64,000 nucleotides of DNA from Variovorax sp. (GCA_017744935.1 JAGIAI010000008.1:40268-104267); one strand, 5' to 3'; positions 18,317 to 28,650 are shown, counted from the stretch's first letter. Program-made: numbers and translations. The notes: generated by a model from the sequence alone, not told the origin.

Positions 18317-18975
18317 GTGACGCCCACCTTCGCGAAGAAATCTGCCGGATCGGCCGCAGCCTTTTCGAGCGCGGCTATGTACATGCGACGGCCGGCAACA
18401 TCAGCGTGCGGCTCGATGATGGATTCCTGATCACGCCCACGGATGCCTGCCTCGGCCATCTCGATCCGGCGCGGCTTGCACGGCTCGACGGCAACCTGCG
18501 GCAGATCCATGGCGACCTTGCGAGCAAGACCATCGCGCTGCACGCGCGCATCTACGGCGCGGCGAAAGATTTCGACCCGGGCACGCGCTGCGTCATCCAC
18601 ACCCACAGCACGCACTGCGTGGCGCTCACGCTCGATGCGCCGGGCGATGAACTGCTGCCTGCGCTCACGCCGTACTTCGTGATGAAGGTCGGTCATGTGC
18701 CGGTCGTGCCCTATCACCGCCCGGGTGCGCCCGAGGCCGCTGCGCTGGTCGCGCAGATCATCGAGCGCTACGGCGCGCAGGGCACGCCGATTCGCGCGGT
18801 GGTGCTTGAACGACTCGGGCCGAATGTGTGGCATGACACGCCCGCCGCTGCGATGGCCGTGCTTGAAGAACTGGAAGAGACTGCGAGGCTCTGGTTCATG
18901 AGTCACCAGATGCCGCAGCCGTTGAGTCCGGCGCAAATCAATGACCTTCGCCGCAACTTCGGCGCACGTTGGTGA
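18313..18975 (+). CDS. otnC: Class II aldolase family, 3-oxo-tetronate 4-phosphate decarboxylase
   Basis: AGNISVR, ITPT, IHTHS, EELEETA; ATGA-coupled to otnK. Confidence 0.8.
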   Translation: MSDAHLREEICRIGRSLFERGYVHATAGNISVRLDDGFLITPTDACLGHLDPARLARLDGNLRQIHGDLASKTIALHARIYGAAKDFDPGTRCVIHTHSTHCVALTLDAPGDELLPALTPYFVMKVGHVPVVPYHRPGAPEAAALVAQIIERYGAQGTPIRAVVLERLGPNVWHDTPAAAMAVLEELEETARLWFMSHQMPQPLSPAQINDLRRNFGARW

Positions 18976-19009
18976 AAATGCTCAACCACCTCACTGTGCG
19001 GAGCCACTG

Positions 19010-19834
19010 ATGCCGCGATTTGCCGCCAATCTCTCGATGCTCTATCCGGAGCTCGACTTTCTCGATCGTTTCGAAGCTGCCGCCAAGGATGGCTTCAAGG
19101 CGGTCGAATATCTCTTTCCCTATGCCTACGACCAGCGCGAACTTGCCGCACGGCTGTCGGCGAACGGGCTGCAGCAGGTGCTCTTCAACGGCCCTCCAGG
19201 CGACTGGGATCGCGGCGATCGTGGGCTTGCCTGCTTGCCGGGACGGGAAGCCGAGTTCCGCGAGGGTCTGCTGAAAGCGATCGACTATGCGGTTGCGCTG
19301 TCGTGCCCGCGCATCCATGTCATGGCCGGCCTCGTGCCCGAAGGCATGGAGCGTGAAGCCGTGCAGCCGAGCTATCTCGACAACCTGCGCTGGGCGGCGG
19401 TTGAAGCGGCGAAGGCCGGTCGCGACCTGCTCGTCGAGCCGATCAATACGCGGGACATTCCGCGCTTCTTTCTCAACCGGCAGGACCATGCGCACGAGAT
19501 CATCGACGCGATCGGCGCGCTCAACGTGCAAGTGCAGATGGACCTCTACCACTGCCAGATCGTCGAGGGCGACGTGGCGATGAAGATCCGCAAATACCTG
19601 CCCACCGGCCGTGTCGGTCATTTCCAGATCGCCGGCGTGCCCGAGCGGCACGAGCCGGATGTCGGCGAGATGAACTATCCCTACCTCTTCGATGTCATCG
19701 ATGAGGTTTCGGCGCAGTGCGGCTGGCAGGGTTGGGTGGGTTGCGAATACCGGCCCCGGCGCGGCGCGGTGGCCAACGGCACCAGCGATGGGCTCGGCTG
19801 GCTGCGTGCGCTGCCGCGCGCGACGGGCGCATGA
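19010..19834 (+). CDS. otnI: 2-oxo-tetronate isomerase (Hyi family)
   Basis: [48 protein letters not shown]. Confidence 0.88.
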   Translation: MPRFAANLSMLYPELDFLDRFEAAAKDGFKAVEYLFPYAYDQRELAARLSANGLQQVLFNGPPGDWDRGDRGLACLPGREAEFREGLLKAIDYAVALSCPRIHVMAGLVPEGMEREAVQPSYLDNLRWAAVEAAKAGRDLLVEPINTRDIPRFFLNRQDHAHEIIDAIGALNVQVQMDLYHCQIVEGDVAMKIRKYLPTGRVGHFQIAGVPERHEPDVGEMNYPYLFDVIDEVSAQCGWQGWVGCEYRPRRGAVANGTSDGLGWLRALPRATGA

Positions 19835-21021
19835 AGCTCGAAGCGGTACGCATTCCTCCGCGATTGCGAGCGTTCTCGGCACAGGGCGCCGAGGTGTTCG
19901 ATGTCTTGATCGACGGCGCTGCGATCAAGTCGATCGAGCCATCGATGGAGACCGCGCGTGGAACCTTGCTCAGCGGCCTCGTTGATGCGCACGCACACAT
20001 CGACAAGAACTACACCGTGCGCGACGTGGGCGCGGCCGAAGGCGATCTCTTCGTAGCCATCACACGAATGGCCGCCCATCGTGCTGGCTGGACCGTCGAC
20101 GCACTTCGCGACCGGATGACCCGGGCGCTCGACGGTGCGTGGCGCTCCGGCACCCGCGCACTGCGCACGCATCTCGACTGGGGCGATGCATACGCTCCGG
20201 CATCGCTCGCGGTGTTCGAAGAGCTGCGCGAGGCCTGGCGCGGTCGCATCCAGCTGCAGTTCGTGGCACTGACGCCGCTCGATCTCTTTGCCGATGCGGA
20301 AGCAGGTGCACGTCTTGCGCGTACGGTGAAGCGTGCGGACGGCGTGCTCGGCGCGTTCGTCTATCGCAACGAAGGCATCGTTCACAAGCTGGGGCGTGTG
20401 TTCGACCTCGCGCAGGAGCATGGCCTTACCCTCGACTTCCACGTCGACGAAGGACTGGACGCCCGGGCGACGGGGCTGCGCACCATCGCGCAACTCGCCA
20501 TCGCGCGTGGCCTGACCGGGCGCGTGACCTGCGGGCATGCGTGTTCGCTCTCGGTGCAGGACGATGCGGCGGCGCAAGACACACTGACGTTGTGCGCACA
20601 GGCCGGCATTCATCTGGTCGCGCTGCCGACCACCAACCTCTATCTGCAGGGCGCGTGGGACCGCACGCCGCTCGAGCGCGGCATCACGCGCATTCGCGAA
20701 GCCGCATCGCTGGGTGTGCGCGCCAGCCTCGCGACCGACAACGTGCAGGATGCCTTCTATCCCTACGGCAGCTACGACCTGATCGAGACCTTCGGCCTTG
20801 GCGTGCAGATGGCGCATCTCGCGCCCGCTTCCGATTGGCTCGATGCGATCACCGTCAGTCCGGCGAAGGCGCTGCGCCTTGCTTGGGATGGCCGCATTGC
20901 ACCCGGTTGCCCGGCTGACCTCGTGCTGCTGGCGGCTGCCGACGAATATGAACTTCTGGACCCGCGCGGGCGTAGACGCACCGTCATCCGGGCGGGCCGC
21001 ATCGTGGAGAACTCCGAATGA
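19831..21021 (+). CDS. Amidohydrolase, cytosine/pterin deaminase-like (CodA family)
   Basis: [27 protein letters not shown]; ATGA overlap with the otnI stop. Confidence 0.85.
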   Translation: MKLEAVRIPPRLRAFSAQGAEVFDVLIDGAAIKSIEPSMETARGTLLSGLVDAHAHIDKNYTVRDVGAAEGDLFVAITRMAAHRAGWTVDALRDRMTRALDGAWRSGTRALRTHLDWGDAYAPASLAVFEELREAWRGRIQLQFVALTPLDLFADAEAGARLARTVKRADGVLGAFVYRNEGIVHKLGRVFDLAQEHGLTLDFHVDEGLDARATGLRTIAQLAIARGLTGRVTCGHACSLSVQDDAAAQDTLTLCAQAGIHLVALPTTNLYLQGAWDRTPLERGITRIREAASLGVRASLATDNVQDAFYPYGSYDLIETFGLGVQMAHLAPASDWLDAITVSPAKALRLAWDGRIAPGCPADLVLLAAADEYELLDPRGRRRTVIRAGRIVENSE

Positions 21022-21476
21022 GCATGGGCAAACCGATGGCCAACTACGCCGCCGCCAAGCGCGTGGGGGACTTCGTCTTCATGAGCGGCGTGGTCGCGGT
21101 CGACCCCGTCACGCGCCGCGCCGTCGCTGGCTATGACGACATTCCCGAGGCTGCGCGCGATTCGCTGCGAACGCTGGGCTACGCCACCGGGCAGATGTCG
21201 GTCGACATCTTCGAGGCGCCGATCGTCGCGCAGAGCTGGTTCGTGCTCGAACGCATCCGCCAGATTGCTGCGGAACACGGCGGCACGATGGATGATGTCG
21301 TGAAGCTGGTGCAGTTCTTCCGCCACCTGCCTAACTACGCGCCGTACAACCGCGTGCGCGGGCTGTTCTATCCGGGTGAGCCGCCGGTGAGTACGGTGGT
21401 CGAGGTGTCGCGCTTCCTGCCGGGGGATGATGTGCTGGTGGAGGTCGAGGCGACGATGTACCTGCCGCAGCATTGA
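21018..21476 (+). CDS. RidA/YjgF family protein
   Basis: KPMANY...FVFMSG...DVVKL...YNRVR...PPVSTVVEV...VEVEA; ATGA-coupled to the deaminase. Confidence 0.85.
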   Translation: MSMGKPMANYAAAKRVGDFVFMSGVVAVDPVTRRAVAGYDDIPEAARDSLRTLGYATGQMSVDIFEAPIVAQSWFVLERIRQIAAEHGGTMDDVVKLVQFFRHLPNYAPYNRVRGLFYPGEPPVSTVVEVSRFLPGDDVLVEVEATMYLPQH

Positions 21477-21486
21477 GGAAAGTCGC

Positions 21487-22783
21487 TCAGAGCCGCATCA
21501 CGGGCTCTTGGCGTTGATCCGTTTGCTGCACGAGCGGCTGCTGGGTCTGTTCTTGGCTCTGTACGGATGCGCGCTCCCAAGCCTGGGTGCTTTGCGAAAT
21601 GGACGTGTCGAGCGACACGACTGTCGGCACGCTGGCGATCTGCTTGAACGGTGAGTTCAAAGCGCCTTGCACTGCAAACACCTTCGATGCATCTGTGCTC
21701 AGGGCGACATGGTCGATGATCCATGCCTTGGACAGTTGCGGCCGCGGCTAGCGCGGCGGCCAATTGGTCACTGCGGTGGTCGGGTGTGCGACCCACCTTG
21801 GCATCGAGTTGATGCACGCCGGCCTGAGCTTGCTTGAATAGCATGTGACCTGGATGGTCGGCGTCCGTGAGTTCCGCGGCTGCCGCGTCTTGGCTCAGGT
21901 CATGGGCCAACCGGCTTGGCTGCGGAAGGCCGTGAATCGGTATGTGTGCGTGGCGATCGGCGGTGTGATCGAAGTAGTTTTCGATCATCGGGCTGCGGGT
22001 GTCGTAGTAGGCACAACGCGCATCTGCACTGCCGAGGGAAATGCCGTTCTGCTCCAGCAGGCGCTCCTCCAGCTTCAAGCCGTCCATGTCTAGCTGCAGC
22101 TGTCCCGCCAGCCTGGGATTGAGCATTTCGTATTGGCAGACGGTGCCCACGAGACCGGCAGCGTAGTAGTTGGTGTAGTCGGAGTCGCCGTGATGGCCCA
22201 AGCGGGCGTCATCCGAAATCTTGTCGAAATAGTGTCGACCGGCAGCTTCGATGTTGCGGGCATCGGGGGTAATGGACAGATCCGCGTTGAAAGTGAAGCC
22301 AGTCTTGGCTACGAATTCCATGCGTTCCGCGACCTCATCGAGTTGGACAAAGTCGCCGGCATAGTCGATCAGCATCAAGCGTCTGCCAAAGTCCCTCAGT
22401 TTGGCCTCGGGATTTTCGTGATTCAACCTGCTCGCTAGCGCATTCCATCCGGCAATGTGAGCGATGGCCTCATCGACTCGATTGAGTGCGTGTTGGACCT
22501 CGTGGCCGAGGATGAATGTGAGGGTGTCGCGCTTCCCGGGGTCCGAAACATCGCTTTGCTTGAGGTTGATGGTCTGCGTAGCGGCGTTGAAACTGGCCCC
22601 CGCATTCTCTTGCTCGGGCATCCACGCGAAGCGCTTCAGATGGCCATGCACGATCGCTGAGTTCATCTGTTGAAGCAACGCGGGCGACTCTTCAATGACG
22701 GTGCGCAGATTCTGAGATGCGGCTGATGACGGTCCGCCGACATCTCGAAGCAGAAGCTCCAGCCTGGGGTTGAAGCCACTCAT
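21487..22783 (-). pseudogene. XVIPCD-domain X-T4SS-type effector with HExxH motif, frameshifted near 21718
   Basis: LGHEVQH. XVIPCD-like DHPGHMLFKQAQAGVHQLDAKVGRTPDHRSDQLAAAL...GMD continues in another frame as IDHVALSTDASKVFAVQGALNSP plus a Gln-rich tail, stopping at 21487. Confidence 0.85.
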
Positions 22784-23400
22784 TGCTTCACCCCTGATTC
22801 GATAGATTTCTCAAGGAAGGCGATGGAGACTCTCTTGATGCAATCTCGGCTGATCTTTTCCAGGTTTTCGCTGCCTTCTCCAACGATTCCGATCTCGACT
22901 TCGACGGGGCCGCGCTGATACTGCCGCGCCAGAGTCGCTCGCCGCGTGCTGCCGACATGCCGATAGCCCATCTTGAGCAGGGCATCGTGAAACTGAGCCA
23001 TGTCGAGCTGACACATGCTGGTCATTGGCGGGCGGGGCGTGTTCTTGCTGATCGGCTGGAACATCAGTCCGTACGAGGGAAGTTGCGTGACGTCGACAAC
23101 ATTCCATATCAACACGTATGACCACTCGTGCGTCAATTTGCCGTAGGTGAGCAGCGTGCGGCTTTTCGGCGAATCGTCGGCAAAGCGCTCCATAGGCAAA
23201 CGGATGAATCGCATCACTTGCTCTGCCGCCAAATCCTGCGGTTGATGAACGCGGTCAATCAGCGCCAGCAGTCGGCGCAAGAGTTCAGGCGCGTCGTGCG
23301 GGCGTTCCATCTCAGTTCCTGCGTCTGGCATTGCCTTTTCCTCCTTTTGAATTGACGTGCGATCGCCCGCAGATGCGCAGGCGCAAAGCGCCAACACCAT
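22780..23400 (-). CDS. Putative cognate immunity lipoprotein (X-Tfi-like); start uncertain (23571 GTG, 23400 ATG or internal 23331 ATG)
   Basis: Lipobox-like LALCACAS; stop overlaps the effector start (ATGA); AAGGAGG precedes the internal ATG at 23331. Confidence 0.7.
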   Translation of the reverse strand: MVLALCACASAGDRTSIQKEEKAMPDAGTEMERPHDAPELLRRLLALIDRVHQPQDLAAEQVMRFIRLPMERFADDSPKSRTLLTYGKLTHEWSYVLIWNVVDVTQLPSYGLMFQPISKNTPRPPMTSMCQLDMAQFHDALLKMGYRHVGSTRRATLARQYQRGPVEVEIGIVGEGSENLEKISRDCIKRVSIAFLEKSIESGVKQ

Positions 23401-23623
23401 CGACAGGCAAAGAAGCCAGCGCACCCAAGGCCGCGAAAAGCCTTGAGTAGAAAGATCAGGATTGGAAGCCGCGAAACGTGCAGTTCGCGTGTTGAATCGA
23501 AGTGCTGCAAAGCGCGCTCGCCGAAGCGCGCGGCCAGTCGTGGACTGGCCGTTGAAGGTGCCTTGAATCACCCGTTCTCCCTGTGCTTGGAATTTTTTTG
23601 ATTCTAAGCACGGGTATCGCGCG

Positions 23624-24298
23624 CTACCGAACCGAAGCACCCTTCATCAGGAAATCCGTCACCTGCTCGATGAGGTAGCGACGGTCCTTGTCATCACCCT
23701 CAGTAGTGTTCCTGAAGTACGCAACCTGCGTCGCATGGTCCGCATAGAACTGCGTGACTGCCCAGAGGTGGAAGAGAAACAGCATCGGGTCTACCGGCCC
23801 CATCAGCCCCTGGTTGATCCAGTTCTGGATCACGGCCACCGCCTGCTCGGTGCGCTGCTTGCTCGTGCCCATCATCTCCCGGAGCACCGGTGCACCTCGC
23901 ATCATCTCGGCGGTGAAGATGCGCGAACGTAGCGGATGCTCGAACGAGAACATCATCTTGCGGTGGATCAGGTCGGCGAGCACCTTGCGTGGCCCGAAGG
24001 CCTCGTCGCTGAAGCCGAAGACGCCGATCCAGTCGTTGATGATGTCCTGCAGGATCTGGCGGTAGAGCGCTTCCTTGCTCTCGATGTAGTAGTGGAGCTG
24101 CGCCTTTGACAGCCCCGCCTTGTCAGCAATCGCCTGTGTCGACGCGCCGGCCAAGCCGTCGTTCGCGAACACTTCGACCGCCGCTTGGTAGATCACCGCA
24201 AGCACCTGCGTGTACTTGCGCGCGCGGCCGCGCGTGGCCGGCGTCTCGGTGGCGTCTTCGATGGGTTTCAGCGGGGCGCTGCTTCGTGCGGTGCTCAT
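23624..24298 (-). CDS. TetR-family regulator, RutR-like
   Basis: FANDGLAGAS.QAIA.KAGLSKAQLHYY..SKE.LY; C-terminal IFTAEMMRGAP, LWAVTQFYAD typical of the RutR subfamily. Confidence 0.9.
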   Translation of the reverse strand: MSTARSSAPLKPIEDATETPATRGRARKYTQVLAVIYQAAVEVFANDGLAGASTQAIADKAGLSKAQLHYYIESKEALYRQILQDIINDWIGVFGFSDEAFGPRKVLADLIHRKMMFSFEHPLRSRIFTAEMMRGAPVLREMMGTSKQRTEQAVAVIQNWINQGLMGPVDPMLFLFHLWAVTQFYADHATQVAYFRNTTEGDDKDRRYLIEQVTDFLMKGASVR

Positions 24299-24335
24299 CG
24301 GGAATGCATGGTGCCAGAGTGGTCACCGGAGGGGG

Positions 24336-25301
24336 TCACAGATCGATTGCGAGCGCATCGCCCTTTGCGCGCGAACAACACAACGCGACCTTCTTCGCGC
24401 GCTCGCCACGGGTGAGGCAGAAGTCGCGATGCTCGGCGCCGTCGCCTTCCGCATCGACCACGCAGGTGCCGCACAGGCCCTGTTCGCAAGAGACGGGCAC
24501 GTCGATGCCGAAGGCATGCAGCGCGTCGACCGCCGTCTGGTCCCCTGCGACGGGCACCGTGATGCCGCGGCGCTTGAGCTGCAGCACGAAGGGCTTGCCG
24601 GTGCCGCCCGCCGCGTCGGCCGGCGCGGCGAAGTACTCGGTGTGCACCACATCGTCTGGCCAGTGCGCGGCCGCGTGCCGCACCGCCTGCATGAAGCCTG
24701 CGGGGCCGCAGACGTAGAGATGCGTACCAGGCTTGCGCGCCGCCAGCAACTGACGCAGGTTGATCTTGCGCGACGCATCGCCGTCGTCGAAATGCACGCG
24801 CAGGCGCGATGCGATGCCCGGGTCGCGCAATGTTTCGGCGAACGCGAGGTGCTCCTCGCTGCGAACGAACAGGTAGAGCTGGAAAACCGCGCCCGTTCGC
24901 GCCAGCGCTTGTGCCATCGCGAGCAAAGGCGTCATGCCGATCCCGCCCGCCAGCAGGATATGGTGCTTCGCTTCCTGGCGGATCGGGAAGGTGTTGCGGG
25001 GTGTGCTGACCGGCAGCAGATCGCCTTCGCGGACGCGCATGTGCATCGAGTGCGAACCGCCGCGGCTGGTCGACTCGCGCTTGACGCCGATCAGGTAGGA
25101 CGAGGCACCGTCTTCCGTGCCGGCGTCGCGTGCCAGCGAGTACTGCCGCGTGAACCCACCGGGCATGTGCACGTCGATGTGCGCGCCGGCCTGGTAGCCC
25201 GGAAGCGGGCGGCCCGCCGGATGCGTGAGCTCGAAAGACAGAATCTCCGGCGTCTGGCGCGCGATGCGCGCGACCTGGACCGTGAGGGTGCGTTCGACCA
25301 T
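24336..25301 (-). CDS. PDR/VanB-family FMN/2Fe-2S oxidoreductase (oxygenase reductase)
   Basis: AGAHIDV, RQYSL, SRGGS, AGGIGMTP, CGPAGFM, SCEQGLCGTC...LCCS. Confidence 0.92.
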   Translation of the reverse strand: MVERTLTVQVARIARQTPEILSFELTHPAGRPLPGYQAGAHIDVHMPGGFTRQYSLARDAGTEDGASSYLIGVKRESTSRGGSHSMHMRVREGDLLPVSTPRNTFPIRQEAKHHILLAGGIGMTPLLAMAQALARTGAVFQLYLFVRSEEHLAFAETLRDPGIASRLRVHFDDGDASRKINLRQLLAARKPGTHLYVCGPAGFMQAVRHAAAHWPDDVVHTEYFAAPADAAGGTGKPFVLQLKRRGITVPVAGDQTAVDALHAFGIDVPVSCEQGLCGTCVVDAEGDGAEHRDFCLTRGERAKKVALCCSRAKGDALAIDL

Positions 25302-25315
25302 GTTCGCGGCTTTCC

Positions 25316-26335
25316 TTACTTGGCGGCCGCCTTGCGCGGTTCGATGCCGGTGCCCTTGTTGACGAACTGCGTGGTGTAGGCCTCGCGATAGTCGAAGTCG
25401 GTGGGCTTGTAGAGGCCTGCCGAGACGCTTTTGTCGTAGAAGTCCTTCATGCGCTCGTCGCTCATCGCGCCGATGCCCTTGGTCGTGGCGTCGCCGACGT
25501 CGATGTGCGCGCGCAGGATGGGGATCGACTTCTCGATGTACTCGTCGGTGATGTCGGGGTTGATCTTCTTGATGAGATCGTCGGCCGCCTTGCGGTCGCC
25601 GTAGAGGTAGTTGTAATAGCCGATGTTCGACGCCTCGACGAAGCGGCGGACCATGTCGGGCTTGTTCTTCACGAGGTCCTGGCGCGTCTCGATGACCATT
25701 CCGTAAGTCGACCAGCCCGCATCGGCCAGCGACAGCACCACCGGCTTGAAGCCGGCCTGCTTCTCGACCGCGAGCGGCTCGGAAGTGGCATAGGCCTGTT
25801 GCACCGACTGCTTGTCGGCGAGGAACTGCGACAGGCTGTAGTTGTACGGTCGCACCTGCTCGTCGCGCATGCCGTAGGCCTTCTTCATCCACTGCCAGTA
25901 GCTGATCTGGCCGTCCTTCGCGAGCAGCACCGTCTTGGCCTTGGCGAGATCGGCGAACTTGTCGAAACCCTGTCCCGGGTGGGCAATGATGGCTTGCGGG
26001 TCCTTCTGGAAGTAGGCTGCGACGACGACAGTCGGCACCTTCTGCTTGATGTTGTCGAAGGCCATCAGCATGTTGCCGGTCATCAGGAAGTCGACCTTGC
26101 CGGCAGGCAGCATCGGGCGGTTGTTGACCTGCGGACCACCCTGCTGGATGTCGACGTCCAGCCCGTACTTTTTGTAGGTGCCATCCGCGAGCGCCTGGTA
26201 GAAGCCGCCGTGGCCGGGTTGCGCGCGCCAGTTGGTGGCGAGCACGACCTTGTCCTGCGCGAAGGCGGCTGCAGCGCAGCCGGCGATGAGCGTGGCGATC
26301 AGGCCGCGTGCGATGAGGTTCGGAGCAAAGTTCAT
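25316..26335 (-). CDS. ABC substrate-binding protein, NMT1/THI5-like
   Basis: Signal peptide; TNWRAQPGHGGFYQA...GGPQVN...QKDPQ. Confidence 0.9.
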   Translation of the reverse strand: MNFAPNLIARGLIATLIAGCAAAAFAQDKVVLATNWRAQPGHGGFYQALADGTYKKYGLDVDIQQGGPQVNNRPMLPAGKVDFLMTGNMLMAFDNIKQKVPTVVVAAYFQKDPQAIIAHPGQGFDKFADLAKAKTVLLAKDGQISYWQWMKKAYGMRDEQVRPYNYSLSQFLADKQSVQQAYATSEPLAVEKQAGFKPVVLSLADAGWSTYGMVIETRQDLVKNKPDMVRRFVEASNIGYYNYLYGDRKAADDLIKKINPDITDEYIEKSIPILRAHIDVGDATTKGIGAMSDERMKDFYDKSVSAGLYKPTDFDYREAYTTQFVNKGTGIEPRKAAAK

Positions 26336-26361
26336 GGTGGTTCCTTGGTTGTCTCTGTAAA

Positions 26362-27756
26362 TCAGGCCTCGCGTGCCATCTCGGGCAGCCAGCCGCGCGT
26401 CTTGCCGGGGTTCATCAGGCCCATCGGGTCGCTGCGTTTCTTGAAATCGATCTGCTGCGTGTCGATGGTCTTCATGCCGCCGTCCTCGATGGTCACGACG
26501 TGCGGATTGAAGATCTGGCAACCGCCTTGCGATTCGATTTCGCGGATCACTTCGTATTGGTGCGCTTCTCCCTTCCAGCGAACGAGCAGGATCGCGAAGG
26601 TGCCGTACTCGCCGCCAGCGCGCGCGAACTCGTGGTGCTGCAGGACGTCGTCGCCGAAGATCGCGATGTGGCGATCCACCACGGCGGGATCGAAAGGCTG
26701 TGCGTACGCCACTTGCAGGTAGGTCCAGGTGCGGTCGACCTTCAGCGCTTGCAGTGTCGTGTGGTTGTAGGCGCACTCGTAGGCCGGCGGCAAGCCGGCG
26801 GCGTGAAGCTGCGCCTCTGTGCCTTCGAGCGAGATGCTGCCGCCGTGCGCTGCGACGAGCGCGCGGAAGTCGGCCATTGAATCGGGCGCGACCATCGCGA
26901 ACATCGCGTGCCTGTCCGGTGGAAAGTGCGAGCCGAGCATCGCGTAGTACGGCGAAAAGCGTGCGTCGACAGCCGAGAGAAGAAAGAGCTCCAGCGACGG
27001 CGTGCTCGCCGCAACGCCGAAGTCGAGGACGCGGCGATAGGTGTCGAAGAGTGCGATGCAATGAACCCACTCCACGCCGGGGCTCAGCGCCACTTCCACT
27101 TCGGTGATGACGCCATTGGTGCCGTAGGCGTGATGCACCTGCTGGATCTCGTCGCCGTGCAGCTCGATGACGCGCGGCTCGCGTTCCACCGTCATCACGC
27201 GCGCGCGCAGCAAATTGCCCGGGTCGCGCAGGATGCCGTGGCGGATCGAACCGATGCCGCCGAAGCCGCCCGCGATGAAGCCACCAATCGACGCGACATG
27301 CCAGGTCGAAGGCCACATGCGCAGCGCCTGCCCAGTCTCCGCGACCGCGAGCTCGATGTCGTGCATCCGCGCGCCGGCCTGCACCCGCACCCGTCCGTCG
27401 GCGATCTCGAGCACGCGGCTCATCTGCGTCACGTCGAGTACGAGTCCGCCTTCGAGCGGCACGCACTGGCCGTAGTTACCCGTGCCGCCTGCGCGCACGG
27501 TGATCGGAAGCTTCCACTTCGCGGCAACGGCTGCGGCTTGCCGCACATCGTCCTCGGTCGAAACCTTGACGACGAGGTCCGCCACGCAGCCCGCGAGCTG
27601 CTGCGTCAGGATCGGGCTGTACCAGTAGAAGTCCTTGGAGAGCTGCTTGCGCTGACCCGGTGAGACGATCACGTTGAGCCCGTGCAGGTCGCGCTTCACG
27701 GCCTCCCAGTCGACGGCCTCGGCTTCGGGGCGTTCGATGAGTTCGATCGAAGACAT
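26362..27756 (-). CDS. FAD-binding oxidoreductase (VAO/PCMH family)
   Basis: SKDFYWYSP, RAGGTGNYGQCVP..GG, PST...SIGGFIAGG, HAYGTNG, DPMGLMNPGK. Confidence 0.9.
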   Translation of the reverse strand: MSSIELIERPEAEAVDWEAVKRDLHGLNVIVSPGQRKQLSKDFYWYSPILTQQLAGCVADLVVKVSTEDDVRQAAAVAAKWKLPITVRAGGTGNYGQCVPLEGGLVLDVTQMSRVLEIADGRVRVQAGARMHDIELAVAETGQALRMWPSTWHVASIGGFIAGGFGGIGSIRHGILRDPGNLLRARVMTVEREPRVIELHGDEIQQVHHAYGTNGVITEVEVALSPGVEWVHCIALFDTYRRVLDFGVAASTPSLELFLLSAVDARFSPYYAMLGSHFPPDRHAMFAMVAPDSMADFRALVAAHGGSISLEGTEAQLHAAGLPPAYECAYNHTTLQALKVDRTWTYLQVAYAQPFDPAVVDRHIAIFGDDVLQHHEFARAGGEYGTFAILLVRWKGEAHQYEVIREIESQGGCQIFNPHVVTIEDGGMKTIDTQQIDFKKRSDPMGLMNPGKTRGWLPEMAREA

Positions 27757-27768
27757 CGTGCGTTCCTT

Positions 27769-28650
27769 TCAGCGCTCGCGGCGCATTTCGCTCTCGTGCC
27801 AGTGGCCGAGGACCATGCGCGACAGCGCGGCGAACACCAGGAAGATCACGATGCCGAGTAGCGACACCAGCAGGAGCGCGGCGAACATCATGGGGATCTC
27901 GGTGCGGAAGCTTGATTCGAGAATGCGCGAGGCGAGGCCCGTTTCGCGGCCCGCGGTGCCGGCCGTGAACTCGGCGACCACCGCACCGATCAGGCTCAGG
28001 CCGCCGGCGATCTTCAGGCCCGCCATGAAATATGGCAGCGCGCTCGGCACCAGCAGGTAGCGGAACAACTGCCAGGGCGATGCCTTGTAGAGCTGGAACA
28101 GGTCGCGCAGGTTGCTGTCGGCGCTCTTCAGCCCGATCACGGTGTTCGACAGGATCGGGAAGAAGGCCACGATCCACGCGCACAGCAGCAGCGCCGCGGT
28201 GGTGCTCGACACGTAGATCAGGATCAGTGGCGCAATCGCGATGATCGGCGTCACCTGCAGGATCACCGCGATCGGGAAGAGCCCGATCTCGACCCACTTG
28301 AAAAGCGCGAACGCGATTGCAAGCAGCACGCCGCCGACGATCGCGGCCACGAGCGCGAGCAGCGTCAGCTTGACGGTGAACCACAGCGCGCTGGAGAGCG
28401 TGTCCCAGTTGTCGATGAGCGTCGTGAGGATCAGCGACGGCGCGGGAATGATGTAGTGCGGCACGTGGTTGACGCGCACCAGCACTTCCCACAGCAGCAG
28501 AAGGCCTGCGATGACGAGGGTCGGCACCGCGATGCGCAGCAGCGATTCACGGCGGCGGATGCGGTCGTCGCGCGCCTGCAGGTCGGCCGCAGAAGGTGCC
28601 GCCTGCACTTCGGCGAGTGCCGGGTTGTCAGTGATCGATGTCGACGCCAT
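27769..28650 (-). CDS. ABC transporter permease (SsuC/TauC-like)
   Basis: Multiple TMs; QVTPIIAIAP, FFPILSNT, PSALPY, LIGAVVAEF. Confidence 0.92.
   Translation of the reverse strand: MASTSITDNPALAEVQAAPSAADLQARDDRIRRRESLLRIAVPTLVIAGLLLLWEVLVRVNHVPHYIIPAPSLILTTLIDNWDTLSSALWFTVKLTLLALVAAIVGGVLLAIAFALFKWVEIGLFPIAVILQVTPIIAIAPLILIYVSSTTAALLLCAWIVAFFPILSNTVIGLKSADSNLRDLFQLYKASPWQLFRYLLVPSALPYFMAGLKIAGGLSLIGAVVAEFTAGTAGRETGLASRILESSFRTEIPMMFAALLLVSLLGIVIFLVFAALSRMVLGHWHESEMRRER

Noticed and set aside
23532-23550. GGCCAGTC-GTG-GACTGGCC hairpin downstream of the RutR-like gene as a terminator
   Set aside because: No U-tract on the transcribed strand and it may lie inside the immunity ORF; function unsupported.
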